This document shows, one piece after another, positions 32,046-42,105 of a stretch of DNA of 64,000 nucleotides. This stretch comes from Naegleria gruberi (taxonomy: Eukaryota). The stretch lies in NCBI GenBank assembly GCA_000004985.1, contig GG738845.1. One strand, written 5' to 3'. Each line of letters begins with the position of its first letter. Position 1 is the first letter of the stretch. The notes below the pieces were generated by a model. It searched no databases. It saw only the letters and a program-made list of their open reading frames with translations, and was not told where the DNA came from. Made by a program: the position numbers and the translations under genes.

Positions 32046-32951
32046 ATGTTGTCGTCATCATCAGAAAAGAAGGTTCCAGTGCCAGTGCCTGGACAAAGAA
32101 ATATTTTAATTACTAGTGCTTTACCCTATGTTAATAACTATCCTCACTTGGGAAATATTGTTGGTGCTGTTTTGAGTGCTGATGTATTTTCTCGTTATTG
32201 TAAACAAAAAGGATACAATACTCTTTATATTTGTGGTACCGATGAATATGGTACTGCAACAGAAACAAAGGCTTTCCAAGAAAAGACTACACCAGAAGCC
32301 ATTTGTGCTAAATATTATCAACTTCACAAACAAGTTTATGAATGGTTTGATATTGATTTTGACCACTTCGGAAGAACTAGTACAAAGCAACAAACAGAAA
32401 TTGCTCAAGACATTTTCTTAAAACTTCATCAAAATGGATTTTTGACTGAAAAGACTATTGAACAATTATATGATGAAGAGAGTAAGACATTTTTGGCTGA
32501 TAGATTTGTCAAAGGTACTTGTCCAACTTGTTTATATGAAGATGCTCGTGGTGACCAATGTGACAAATGTGGAAAATTGTTGAATCCTACTGAACTTATT
32601 AACCCACGTTCAACAACTACCGGTTCTGTACCAATCATCAAGGAAACAAATCACATTTTCATCAAGTTACAAGATTTGCAACACAAAACAAAGGAATGGT
32701 TCCAAAATAATAAGGATACTGCTCAATGGACTACAGTTGCTCGTTCAATTACTCAATCTTGGTTTGATAAGGGACTTGAGGAAAGATGTATTACCAGAGA
32801 TTTAAAGTGGGGTACTCCTGTTCCACTTGAAAAGTTTGCAGACAAGGTTTTCTATGTCTGGTTTGATGCTCCAATTGGTTACATTTCTATCACTGCTGAG
32901 TTCTTTGATTCATTGGGTCAAGGTGATTTGATAATATTGATGAAGAATTGA
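32046..32951 (+). CDS. methionyl-tRNA synthetase, N-terminal catalytic portion only (HIGH motif plus zinc-knuckle CP domain); gene appears truncated or internally deleted
   Basis: 'ILITSALPYVNNYPHLGNIVGAVLSADVFSRYCKQKGYNTLYICGTDEYGTATE' is the class I HIGH region of MetRS. 'GTCPTCLYEDARGDQCDKCGKLL' is the MetRS zinc knuckle, and 'WFDAPIGYISIT' is conserved. The frame stops at 32949-32951 with no KMSKS motif or anticodon-binding domain. Confidence 0.65.
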   Translation: MLSSSSEKKVPVPVPGQRNILITSALPYVNNYPHLGNIVGAVLSADVFSRYCKQKGYNTLYICGTDEYGTATETKAFQEKTTPEAICAKYYQLHKQVYEWFDIDFDHFGRTSTKQQTEIAQDIFLKLHQNGFLTEKTIEQLYDEESKTFLADRFVKGTCPTCLYEDARGDQCDKCGKLLNPTELINPRSTTTGSVPIIKETNHIFIKLQDLQHKTKEWFQNNKDTAQWTTVARSITQSWFDKGLEERCITRDLKWGTPVPLEKFADKVFYVWFDAPIGYISITAEFFDSLGQGDLIILMKN

Positions 32952-32961
32952 ACTTGGATAG

Positions 32962-33573
32962 AGTCAAGGAGGTCACAAGATTGGTGAACCAGTTGGTTTG
33001 ATTAGAAAGATTGAAGATGCTGAAATTAAGGAATGGAAAAAGCGTTTTGGAGGTGGTGAAGATGAAATCTTCCAATTGGATTTGCGTGTTGGTCAAATTG
33101 AATCCGTTGAATTACACCCAGAAGCTGACAAGTTATATGTCTTTAATGTAAAGATTGCTGACACTGTAACTAGAAAGATTGTTGGTGGTTTGAGAGAAGC
33201 TTATCCAGAATCTGAAACCTTAATTGGTAAGAAGGTTGTTGTTGCTTGCAATTTGGCTGTTGCTAAATTGAAGGGTGTTGAAAGTGAAGGTATGCTCTTG
33301 GCCTCTAAGCAAAATGATGGAGTGACCTCATTGCTCACACCTTCAGGAGAGGCTCCACTTGGTGCTCAAATTTATCCAAAGGGTGCTGCTTTCAAACCAG
33401 AAAAGGTGTTGAAGAAGAATCCAACAAAGATTATTTTGGATTCTATCAAGATTGGTGAAAATAATGTCCCACTCTATAAGAATTTACCTTTGGTTGTTTT
33501 CGATAGTCAAAAGAAGGTAATTGCTCAAGTTGCTACTGAAAAGGACATTGCTCAAGGAAGTGGTGTTTTCTAA
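32962..33573 (+). CDS. EMAP-II/Arc1p/Trbp111-type tRNA-binding (OB-fold) domain - likely the C-terminal appended domain of the MetRS gene, or a stand-alone fragment
   Basis: The frame is open from the acceptor AG at 32960-32961. 'LDLRVGQIESVELHPEADKLYVFNVKIADTVTRKIVGGLREAYPESETLIGKKVVVACNLAVAKLKGVESEGMLLA' matches the Myf/EMAP-II tRNA-binding domain consensus. There is no ATG at its 5' end; the track start is a TTG. Confidence 0.6.
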   Translation, partial: SQGGHKIGEPVGLIRKIEDAEIKEWKKRFGGGEDEIFQLDLRVGQIESVELHPEADKLYVFNVKIADTVTRKIVGGLREAYPESETLIGKKVVVACNLAVAKLKGVESEGMLLASKQNDGVTSLLTPSGEAPLGAQIYPKGAAFKPEKVLKKNPTKIILDSIKIGENNVPLYKNLPLVVFDSQKKVIAQVATEKDIAQGSGVF

Positions 33574-33733
33574 ATAAATTATTTTTGTACAACACTTTAA
33601 TAATTTGCTAGAGCATCCATAGCACTCTTGGCATCTTTTCTTGTTGCCTTTTTCCTCTTCTTTTTGATCATTTGCACTTCTCCAATTCCAGAAATAAGTG
33701 AGCTATCTCTCTTTTTGGATTCCTCACTATTGA

Positions 33734-34390
33734 TTATTTCTTCCTCAATGGTAACTTTTGGTTCATCATCTCTTCATCCTCTAAATGCACTCGTTTCTGT
33801 TTATAAAAATCATTAATTTCTTCCAACTCGTTCTGTGTAAATTCCTCTTTAGTTTGTTCCTCTTGTTCTTTTTCTTCTTGTAATTTTTCTAGCAAGTGAT
33901 CAGTCGATATCTTATTTTGTAAATTTTTAATTGTTTTTATAGAATCCAATACATCCAAATCTTCCAATTCTTGCTTACTATCGAGTGTTTTACTTTCCAA
34001 TTTTTTCATTGCATCTTCATCTTCATTATTATCATGTATTTCATCTGATCCATTATGCTTTGGTGGAAACGATCGAACACAATTATGTTCAGGAACGTAA
34101 CCACTATTTTTTGGATCAGTTTTAAATGTGACTTCGCTAGCACATCTAGTACATCTAATATAAAATCTAAATACTTTTAATCCTAAATATTCCTCTCCTT
34201 GAACTGTTTCCTTTCGGGAGTTGAATTTTTTTCCCTGATACATAAATTCTCCACAAACAGAACATTGTACCGTCATTGGCAACATCATTCTAATTTTGAC
34301 TTGGTTAGTCACAGCCACTTTCCTTCTCGGAATTTGGCTTGGATCAAACTCTGGGTGATAATACTTTTGAATAACTTTTCTTTCTGCCAT
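33734..34390 (-). CDS. YJU2: splicing factor YJU2 (CCDC94/CWC16 family)
   Basis: 'MAERKVIQKYYHPEFDPSQIP...CSVCGEFMYQGKKFNSRKETVQGEEYLGLKVFRFYIRCTRCASEVTFKTDPKNSGYVPEH' is collinear with human YJU2 '[21 protein letters not shown]...[60 protein letters not shown]'. Confidence 0.85.
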   Translation of the reverse strand: MAERKVIQKYYHPEFDPSQIPRRKVAVTNQVKIRMMLPMTVQCSVCGEFMYQGKKFNSRKETVQGEEYLGLKVFRFYIRCTRCASEVTFKTDPKNSGYVPEHNCVRSFPPKHNGSDEIHDNNEDEDAMKKLESKTLDSKQELEDLDVLDSIKTIKNLQNKISTDHLLEKLQEEKEQEEQTKEEFTQNELEEINDFYKQKRVHLEDEEMMNQKLPLRKK

Positions 34391-34641
34391 GGTTTTATAA
34401 TGATTCTATTCCGATTCGATTGATTTGATGGTTTTTATCCAGGAGACTGTTTCGAGTTGTTGTATTTTTTTTTTAGAAAATAATAATATGAATTGTTTAA
34501 TGCATTTATTAAAACTTAAAAATCAACTCCATTAATACAATGTAAAATTTAGTTTAAATATAAGAACAACTAGAAAATACAAAAACATGTAAAATATTAA
34601 TAAAAATAAATTAAAAATAAATTAAAAAAAAACAATTAAAA

Positions 34642-35214
34642 ATGAGTTCTGCTAATCGTGAAGATTTGACCCTCCCTAAACAAACCATTGTCAAAATTAT
34701 CAAGGAACATTTGGGAGAGTCGATCAAATGTGCTGCCGATACTAGAGAATTGATCGTAGAGTGTTGTGTAGAGTTTGTACAAATGATTGCTGCTGAGTCG
34801 AATTCTATTTGTGAATCGGATAAGAGAAAGACTATTGCTGGAGAACATGTTACAGAGGCTTTGAGAAGATTGGGCTATTCTGAATATTTAGGATTGGTTA
34901 ATGAAGCCCACAACCAACACAAGGTTGAATCCTCAAGACATAACAATGCTTCAAAGAAGTTGAAAAATTCTGGTAAAACTGAGGAAGAATTAATTTCGGA
35001 ACAACACAAATTAATTGCTCAATCCAGAGCAAGATTGATCGGTAATGGTGGTGCAACACAAACACCAACCACAGCAGTTAGTACTAATTTTCCAACCTTT
35101 CCACAACAACAACACTATCAACAACAACAACAACCTAATTATTATACTTCTCCTCTAGTTCCTCCTCCATTGGCTAATGCTCAAAGAGGAGAAATCATCC
35201 CATCAAATATCTAG
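34642..35214 (+). CDS. DR1: negative cofactor 2 beta / Dr1 (histone-fold transcriptional repressor)
   Basis: 'DLTLPKQTIVKIIKEHLGESIKCAADTRELIVECCVEFVQMIAAESNSICESDKRKTIAGEHVTEALRRLGYSEY' aligns with human DR1 'DLTIPRAAINKMIKETLPNVRVANDARELVVNCCTEFIHLISSEANEICNKSEKKTISPEHVIQALESLGFGSY'. Q-rich tail. Confidence 0.8.
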   Translation: MSSANREDLTLPKQTIVKIIKEHLGESIKCAADTRELIVECCVEFVQMIAAESNSICESDKRKTIAGEHVTEALRRLGYSEYLGLVNEAHNQHKVESSRHNNASKKLKNSGKTEEELISEQHKLIAQSRARLIGNGGATQTPTTAVSTNFPTFPQQQHYQQQQQPNYYTSPLVPPPLANAQRGEIIPSNI

Positions 35215-35463
35215 TATTTTAAACTTCTTTTAAAATTGATAGAGGATCAAAATACTTGACAGGATTGAAAATTGCTATTAACCATAATTTGGAATATAAT
35301 TTGTAGTAGAGAGAGGTACCTTTAATTGGAACTATTTTAGACTATTTCTCTCAACAATGTGAAATACTCGTGTAACACAATGATAATAATCTATTTATTT
35401 ATCAGATAATAATGGCATAATTGATGTATAATTTTACAAATGATGATGATTGATACTTTAATA

Positions 35464-35898
35464 TTACAATCCTTGAGAAATTAAGAATCTTGAAAAGTTT
35501 TCACAATCCAAATAACACTCCGCTGGTTCGTTTGAAATTCCATACATGACAACCAATAGTGCTTGATTTGTTTTAAATAAATAACATCCCTCCACTCCAT
35601 TCTTTCCACATAATACACGATCTTTTATCACATTAGTAACAATAAATTGTTTGTTCAATAATTGTACACTATTCTTGACAACATTTTGATCATTCAAAAT
35701 GTCAGGATTTTCAATAACATCCAAAACATTATCCAACCAAGCTGTTGAACATTCTTCACCTCCTAGATTAGGATCACTTGAAAAATTTGATGTTTTTGCC
35801 CAAACACCTCTATCCGAAATACTAACAAGAGCTCCGTGTGTTGCATTGCCGTTTTGAATAATTTCTTTTTCAATAAAATCCTTCCACTCTTCTGACAT
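35464..35898 (-). CDS. profilin
   Basis: The 144-aa protein 'MSEEWKDFIEKEII...GALVSISDRGVWAKTSNF...' has the profilin N-terminal helix and the GxxWA motif. Size and C-terminal pattern '...LISQGL' are consistent with profilin. Confidence 0.75.
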   Translation of the reverse strand: MSEEWKDFIEKEIIQNGNATHGALVSISDRGVWAKTSNFSSDPNLGGEECSTAWLDNVLDVIENPDILNDQNVVKNSVQLLNKQFIVTNVIKDRVLCGKNGVEGCYLFKTNQALLVVMYGISNEPAECYLDCENFSRFLISQGL

Positions 35899-36053
35899 TT
35901 TTTTTTAATCTACTTGCTTGTCAGTTTATCATTCTTTGACATGTTTTTTGTTAAAAAATTAATAAGAAACTATTCAATTCGCAATTTTTAAACTTTTACT
36001 CAAATCTATGAATCAAACAATTACATGAAACTCTTAAAAACTGAACAAAAAAA

Positions 36054-37826
36054 ATGAAGAGAAGCAATTCTGAAATTAAAGAGAAAAAGAAGTCAACAAC
36101 AACCAACAATGAAAAGAATACACCATCAACATCATCATCATTGGTATCGGAAAAGAAAATAATAGATAATAATAATATATCATCACCACCACCATCAAAA
36201 AAGAAGAAAATTTCAAAAGTTTCAAATCCTCTTCCTACCTATGAAGGATACATTTCGCAATTGGATGAATGTATTAATCAACAACAGGCACTTTCTCATG
36301 CCATTTCTTCTCATGATGGAGTTATTGTTCCACCACAATTTTCATCTTCATCACAATTGGCAAAATTAGTACACATTACCAATTGTAATAATATACATGC
36401 TAGTGTAAAGAAGGATTTATTAAATAGAGATAGTGAGGAAAATGTCTTTCTTTCCCTTACACAAAGTGTAGTATTTAATGAAATTTTAGGAGGAAAGGAT
36501 TTAATTTGTGAATATTGTGCTGTAGGAAGTGTGTTTTCAAAGATGGACGCTTTATTTGAGGATTGTTCTCTTTCATATTTAATTCCACTTGTCACGAACG
36601 TTTACAAGGCTGTTAAATTTAAGAGAAGTGGTTGTTTGGCATTGATTCTAGTTGATTCTGATAAAAAATTAGAAAGACTTAGAGATGATATTTTGGTTAA
36701 TAATTTACCATCAGCTATTGAGGATGATTTGATTTCAATTGTAGATGGAGAAGAAATTGAACAGACTCCAATTGTTATTTCAACATTGAAAAACATTATT
36801 CCAATTTTGAAGAAACAACCTGATTTATTTAAGATTAGCGCCAAATGTGTAATTTTCCACTTGGGAGAGGATACAATGACTTATTCATATGGATCATCTG
36901 AATTATTTGATCAATTGAAAGAGTTAAATGAAAATTATCTTCCAAATAAGAGTAGTAGACAAACTATCTTTTATTCCAATTCCATATCGAGCAAAACTAC
37001 AGCATTTGTATTGAAAGAGCTCACTAGGGCCAATCCACCATTTATCAAATTGAGTGATGTTATTGCTGAAGAAGCTATTATTAAGCAATCTATTGAAATG
37101 GATAAGAGTAAGCAAGAGCATTCATATTTGCCTGTTAAATTCCCACTCAAACTAGTTTATTTATTTTCTCTCCTTTCATTCTTGGTCAAGTATAGAAAAT
37201 TCCAAACAGTTTACATTTACTTTCCAAGTGCTGAAATTTGTGAATATTATGAAGTATTATTTGAACATACCAAAGACTTTAAAGCAATCTCTAAAAAATC
37301 ATCAATGTACTTTGTTTATGATGGTATGATTGATATTCCAACTTCATCTGATCCTTCCAAAACAGCTGTCATTCATTTTGAGATGCCACATGACAATTCT
37401 ACATATCTTCAAAGAATTGGTAATAACAGAAGATCTATAGCATTATATACAAAGGGTCTATCAGATGATGCTGACGTATTATTTAAAGAAAAGGCTGACC
37501 ATTTGAAATTATATGACAAATTTTCAAATGAGGCTCATTGTGACTTGTCGATTCAATTCCAATGTGAAAAAGCTGTGGAAAAGTACAATCAAATTAGAGA
37601 TTTACTTAAAGCTGCTCTCAAGGCCTATCGCTCAACACATGCAAAATTCCTCGATAACACCAGTTTACAAAAACAACAAGACAAACTCAAATCCCTCAAA
37701 CACAAAAAGAAACTGTTAAATATTGAACAATTCTTACAACCATTTGCAGTAACTGATGTGAACGTAACCCAACAATCATGGGAATATTATTGTAACATCT
37801 TGGTGCCTCAAAACTTTGATGAATAA
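36054..37826 (+). CDS. DEAD-box helicase-like protein with degenerate catalytic motifs (pseudo-helicase; Utp25/DEF-like is one possibility)
   Basis: Q-motif/motif I region reads 'FLSLTQSVVFNEILGGKDLICEYCAVGSVFSKMDALFEDCSLSYLIP' (expected '...GxDvi..A.TGSGKT.af.lP'). The C-terminal region 'TAVIHFEMPHDNSTYLQRIGNNRRSIALYTKG' occupies the slot of motif VI 'VInyDlP.....YvHRiGRtgRaG..G.ai.f', but the H and arginine-finger residues are not conserved. The basic K/S-rich N-terminus suggests nucleolar or nuclear localisation. Confidence 0.45.
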   Translation: MKRSNSEIKEKKKSTTTNNEKNTPSTSSSLVSEKKIIDNNNISSPPPSKKKKISKVSNPLPTYEGYISQLDECINQQQALSHAISSHDGVIVPPQFSSSSQLAKLVHITNCNNIHASVKKDLLNRDSEENVFLSLTQSVVFNEILGGKDLICEYCAVGSVFSKMDALFEDCSLSYLIPLVTNVYKAVKFKRSGCLALILVDSDKKLERLRDDILVNNLPSAIEDDLISIVDGEEIEQTPIVISTLKNIIPILKKQPDLFKISAKCVIFHLGEDTMTYSYGSSELFDQLKELNENYLPNKSSRQTIFYSNSISSKTTAFVLKELTRANPPFIKLSDVIAEEAIIKQSIEMDKSKQEHSYLPVKFPLKLVYLFSLLSFLVKYRKFQTVYIYFPSAEICEYYEVLFEHTKDFKAISKKSSMYFVYDGMIDIPTSSDPSKTAVIHFEMPHDNSTYLQRIGNNRRSIALYTKGLSDDADVLFKEKADHLKLYDKFSNEAHCDLSIQFQCEKAVEKYNQIRDLLKAALKAYRSTHAKFLDNTSLQKQQDKLKSLKHKKKLLNIEQFLQPFAVTDVNVTQQSWEYYCNILVPQNFDE

Positions 37827-37890
37827 AATTATTGACCTGCTAATTTTATTAAAAAACATGTTTCAGAATCACATGTGCCAAAACTATTTG

Positions 37891-39368
37891 TTACATTTTC
37901 GGTGTATAATATTTGAATTTGATCGATTTCTTCTTTTTAACAAGTGTACCCTCATTAATAAAATCTCCATACTCATTACCAAGAATATTTACAACCGTGA
38001 CAGGTGTTTGTGGACTCTTTTTGATTTTTGATGGTTTGGAGATTTTCTGAATGGGTTGAGAGTTGTAATTTCTTTGAGGAGTAATAGCGCATTCATCATG
38101 TAAAGATACATCATTCCAAGCATTGTTTTGATTGGACTGAAAATTTGGAACACTTCCAGCAGAAGATACCACTGTTGTGTCTATCTTTGTTATAGATCCT
38201 CTTCTTGTTATATTTCTCGTACTATTTATGACCTGATGTTCATGCTTATCAAANNNNNNNNNNNNNNNNNNNNNNNNNNNNNNNNNNNNNNNNNNNNNNN
38301 NNNNNNNNNNNNNNNNNNNNNNNNNNNNNNNNNNNNNNNNNNNNNNNNNNNNNNNNNNNNNNNNNNNNNNNNNNNNNNNNNNNNNNNNNNNNNNNNNNNN
38401 NNNNNNNNNNNNNNNNNNNNNNNNNNNNNNNNNNNNNNNNNNNNNNNNNNNNNNNNNNNNNNNNNNNNNNNNNNNNNNNNNNNNNNNNNNNNNNNNNNNN
38501 NNNNNNNNNNNNNNNNNNNNNNNNNNNNNNNNNNNNNNNNNNNNNNNNNNNNNNNNNNNNNNNNNNNNNNNNNNNNNNNNNNNNNNNNNNNNNNNNNNNN
38601 NNNNNNNNNNNNNNNNNNNNNNNNNNNNNNNNNNNNNNNNNNNNNNNNNNNNNNNNNNNNNNNNNNNNNNNNNNNNNNNNNNNNNNNNNNNNNNNNNNNN
38701 NNNNNNNNNNNNNNNNNNNNNNNNNNNNATGAGCTATTATTAAGGGATGGACCAAAACGACATGTCGAGCTTGAGGATGGGGAGTTATTAAATTGACAAT
38801 TATTATGTTGAGGGTATTGGCGAGGTGGACTGGAATGGTGGAGAAGGTTATGTTGACTATTCAAATGTATGGAGTGAGCCTGACTTGTATTTGAATTTGG
38901 TGAGTGGAGATCTCCTGAAGAAGGTTCGCTATTGCCATTATTGAACATATGGACTTGAGGTGGAGAGGAAGTATTAAGGTTGTGGAATGAATGTTGTTGG
39001 TGGTGGTAGAATTGGGATTGATTTACATGTGTGGAGGAATGATTAGCAGAGCATGGTGGATTATTGACAGCATGGTTTGACCAGGAGGATGATGATGGAG
39101 GAGTATTAATAGCACTGGAATGTTGTTGAGGATTGTTATGAGTGGATTGGAATGTATTGGTTGGAGACACACAGTGGAACGAAGTGGCTCCTTGTGAGGC
39201 TTGTGATGAAAAAGAAGTTTGTCGTGTTAGTACTGAAGCATTATTGCTGCTCGACGTCGAGAACTTTGTAGTGCTATTCTGAGGAGAAGATCTATGACTG
39301 TAACTGTAGATACTTGTTGTTTGCTGATTAATAATATTATTATTATTATTAAGGTGATTCATTTTCAT
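37891..39368 (-). CDS. low-complexity S/N/H/Q/P-rich protein interrupted by an assembly gap (partial model)
   Basis: Track ORF 38226..39368 (-) 'MKMNHLNNNNNIINQQTTSIYSYSHRSS...' runs into the N-run. ORF 37891..38172 (-) on the far side is compositionally similar. Frame continuity across the gap is unknowable. Confidence 0.3.
38254..38728. other. assembly gap (475 N)
   Basis: Uninterrupted run of 'n' characters in the sequence. Confidence 0.99.
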
Positions 39369-40053
39369 ATATAAAAACTTGACTATACTAGTTTGTTAAA
39401 TGTATATTGAAAGCTAGTTCTTGCTTCTTTGCTCAAAGGACCTTAATGATATGCTAAATAACAAAGTATTATTAAAATAGTCAATGTAGTGTTGTTTTTT
39501 TGGAATGAGTGCATCACGCAATCCACACAAGGAAGTACTTCATCCAACAAGAGTCACATGTTCTTCTCTTCATATCAAAAGAATGTGGAGTGATTCATTT
39601 GAGGCGTGACCTTCTTTTTTGCAAAGAGAGAGATGACCCAATAAAGAAAGAATAGCTTGTATAGGATGTGATGAAAATTTGGTACAGATACGTGTAAGGA
39701 AATCATGACCTGCTAATAAGGTTATATAATGGTGTAAATATTAATTGTGTGGTGGCTTTACATATCTGGGTGTGTTGTGTACCTTTCCAAGAAAATAGAG
39801 CGGCCCTACCTCCTCCATACAATATTAAGGAGAAATGAAATACCCATACAAAGGCGTTTGATATTTCCTTATCTGGGCCTTATAACTGAAAATCTGGCTT
39901 GTTTGGATTCTAGTGCCAAGTTCTGATTTTTGTATTTGGAGATGAGCTTACAAATACGGTTCATTGTTTTGTTGTGCATTATTTATTGTCTGTGTCCACT
40001 TCAAAATAACAATGTTAAATTTCTTATATTGCTCAAATGAACGAATTTAATAT

Positions 40054-41946
40054 TTATTTCTTCTTTTTAAATCTATCATTGACTTGAATCTTTCCACCAC
40101 CAACAGTTGTTCTACCTGCAAGTGATGAGGCTGATCCAATATTTTCCTCCTCTTCAATGAGAGGATCTACAGTAGATTGAGAATTATCGTTTGATTGTTC
40201 ATTTGGTGTTGGACTTGTGTCGATTCCTCTTGCTGTTTGCTTTCTATTTTCCTGTTGTCTCTTCAATTTGAAGAATTCTGGAGAGAGTTTGGTGTTGGTT
40301 TCGTCCAAACTCTCAATACCCATCTTTTTGAGAGCCAATAATTGTCTTCTCTTGATCTTTTTCATCTTTTCATCGTGAGATTCTCTTTCAAATTTGAATC
40401 GGTCTCTTTCACGATCGATATCCTTAAGGAGTTTTCTCTTTTCGTCGTCCAATTGCTTAATTTCATCATCTTCAGTAATGTCAGAGCTGGAGATTGAAAG
40501 TTTGAGCTTTTGCATCTCCTCTTCAAGTTCCTTCTTTTCTTGTTGCCATGCCTTGACAATTTCTTCCAATTCTTGTTGGGCCTTATCATATTCCTCCTTT
40601 TCTTGTTTATACTTTTGTTTCCAACTTTCCACATATTCTCTCCAACGATCTTGAATATCGGTAGCATCATCCTTCACATTATGCTCACTACTTGTTGTGG
40701 CAACAGTTGATGATGAGGAGGAAGTTGCACTATTTGTATCAACTTCCTTCCTCTCAACACCTGCCAAGTCAGCTACAGTGTTATTGAGGAATGAGTTGGA
40801 AGCAGTGGAGGCACCTCCCTTATCTCTCATCTTTTCCAAGAATGAGGCCAATGTATTACCACTCCTCTTCTCTTGAGAATCATCGGCTGTGAAACCACCT
40901 TCCAAAGCATTGAAATCATAACCTTGCAAGAAGATTTGTTCAAAGTTTTCCATACACATACCAATAATATTATAGTACAATTCTGCATTGGTTGATTTTG
41001 CAGTGATGGATTGATCCTTATGTTGTTGGAAGAGATATGGACCTATTGATAAGCTCAATACTCTACTATTCAATTTGTTCAAATGAGAATAATGGAGAAA
41101 TTCATTCAATACTTCAATAAGTTCACGAAAAACTCTTCTATAAATGTTATGTTCAAGATTTTTAAAAGCTTTCATAAATTCTTCTTGTCTCTTGTTTGCA
41201 TCACTCAATCTTGCAATTTCTAAAAATGTTGAAGTTGGATGAAGGAGTGGAAGTTGTAACTCTTTCAAATATTCCTTCAATAAATTAGCAACTATATTTG
41301 GATCTGTTGTATTATCAAATACAATGGAATTGAAATTTTCATTAGCTTTTTGTTTGGCGTTGAATTGTTGAACTAATTGCTGAGTTTGACCAACTGATCC
41401 TAGAATTCTAAATAAACCAACACTTCTAACTGCTCTATCACTTGTCAAAAATTCAAATAACTTGAATATAATTGGTGGTAACTTTAAATAACGTTTAGTA
41501 TTATTATCATCATCCAAATAGTAATGTTGTTCCAATCTACCACCAAAAACTCTATCTGTCACATCAGATTTTTCAGTTCTTACTTTAGGTTTTAGCATGG
41601 CATTAAATTTACTCTTGTTTGGAATCCAATAGGGTTTCATTTCCAAGTTTAATTGTTCCTTTAATAAATTTTTACATAGAGTTGCCCATGGAACGAGAAG
41701 AGATGGGTTTCCCATCACAAATATTACATGCTCATCTGATTATAACAAAGTTTATGTACATTCCAAAGTTATATTGTTATATTGTTGTGTAAATATATAT
41801 TTACCTGTACTTGGAGCAATGGTTTGGTTTTGGGAAGCAATTTTTCCCAACATTTCGGAGAGATCATCTTTTGGGTTGAGTGTAACCTCTTCTATTTGTT
41901 GTTCGTTGATTTTTAGTTTAATCGTCTTTGGTTTGCTTCCGAACAT
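40054..41946 (-). CDS. Rho GTPase-activating protein (RhoGAP domain plus C-terminal coiled-coil), 2 exons
   Basis: Exon 1 is 41805..41946 and encodes 'MFGSKPKTIKLKINEQQIEEVTLNPKDDLSEMLGKIASQNQTIAPST'. The 69-nt intron 41736..41804 runs GTAAAT...AATCAG in phase 1. Exon 2 is 40054..41735 and encodes 'DEHVIFVMGNPSLLVPW...VFGGRLEQ...LPPIIFKLFEFLTSDRAVRSVGLFRILGSVGQTQQLVQQFN...DPNIVANLLKEYLKELQLPLL', a RhoGAP with the arginine finger in 'GLFRI'. Confidence 0.7.
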
Positions 41947-42105
41947 TTTTTTTTATGAAAGTTGATGGCTAATGTCACCTAATCAATTTATTAACATTCT
42001 TCTATAACACATCGATCTCTTGTGAGTATTAATTTGTTGTTAAATTTATTAAGATCTAATCTCAATCAACTTTTTATATTTACAGTACTGTGTTCGAACT
42101 TTTTC

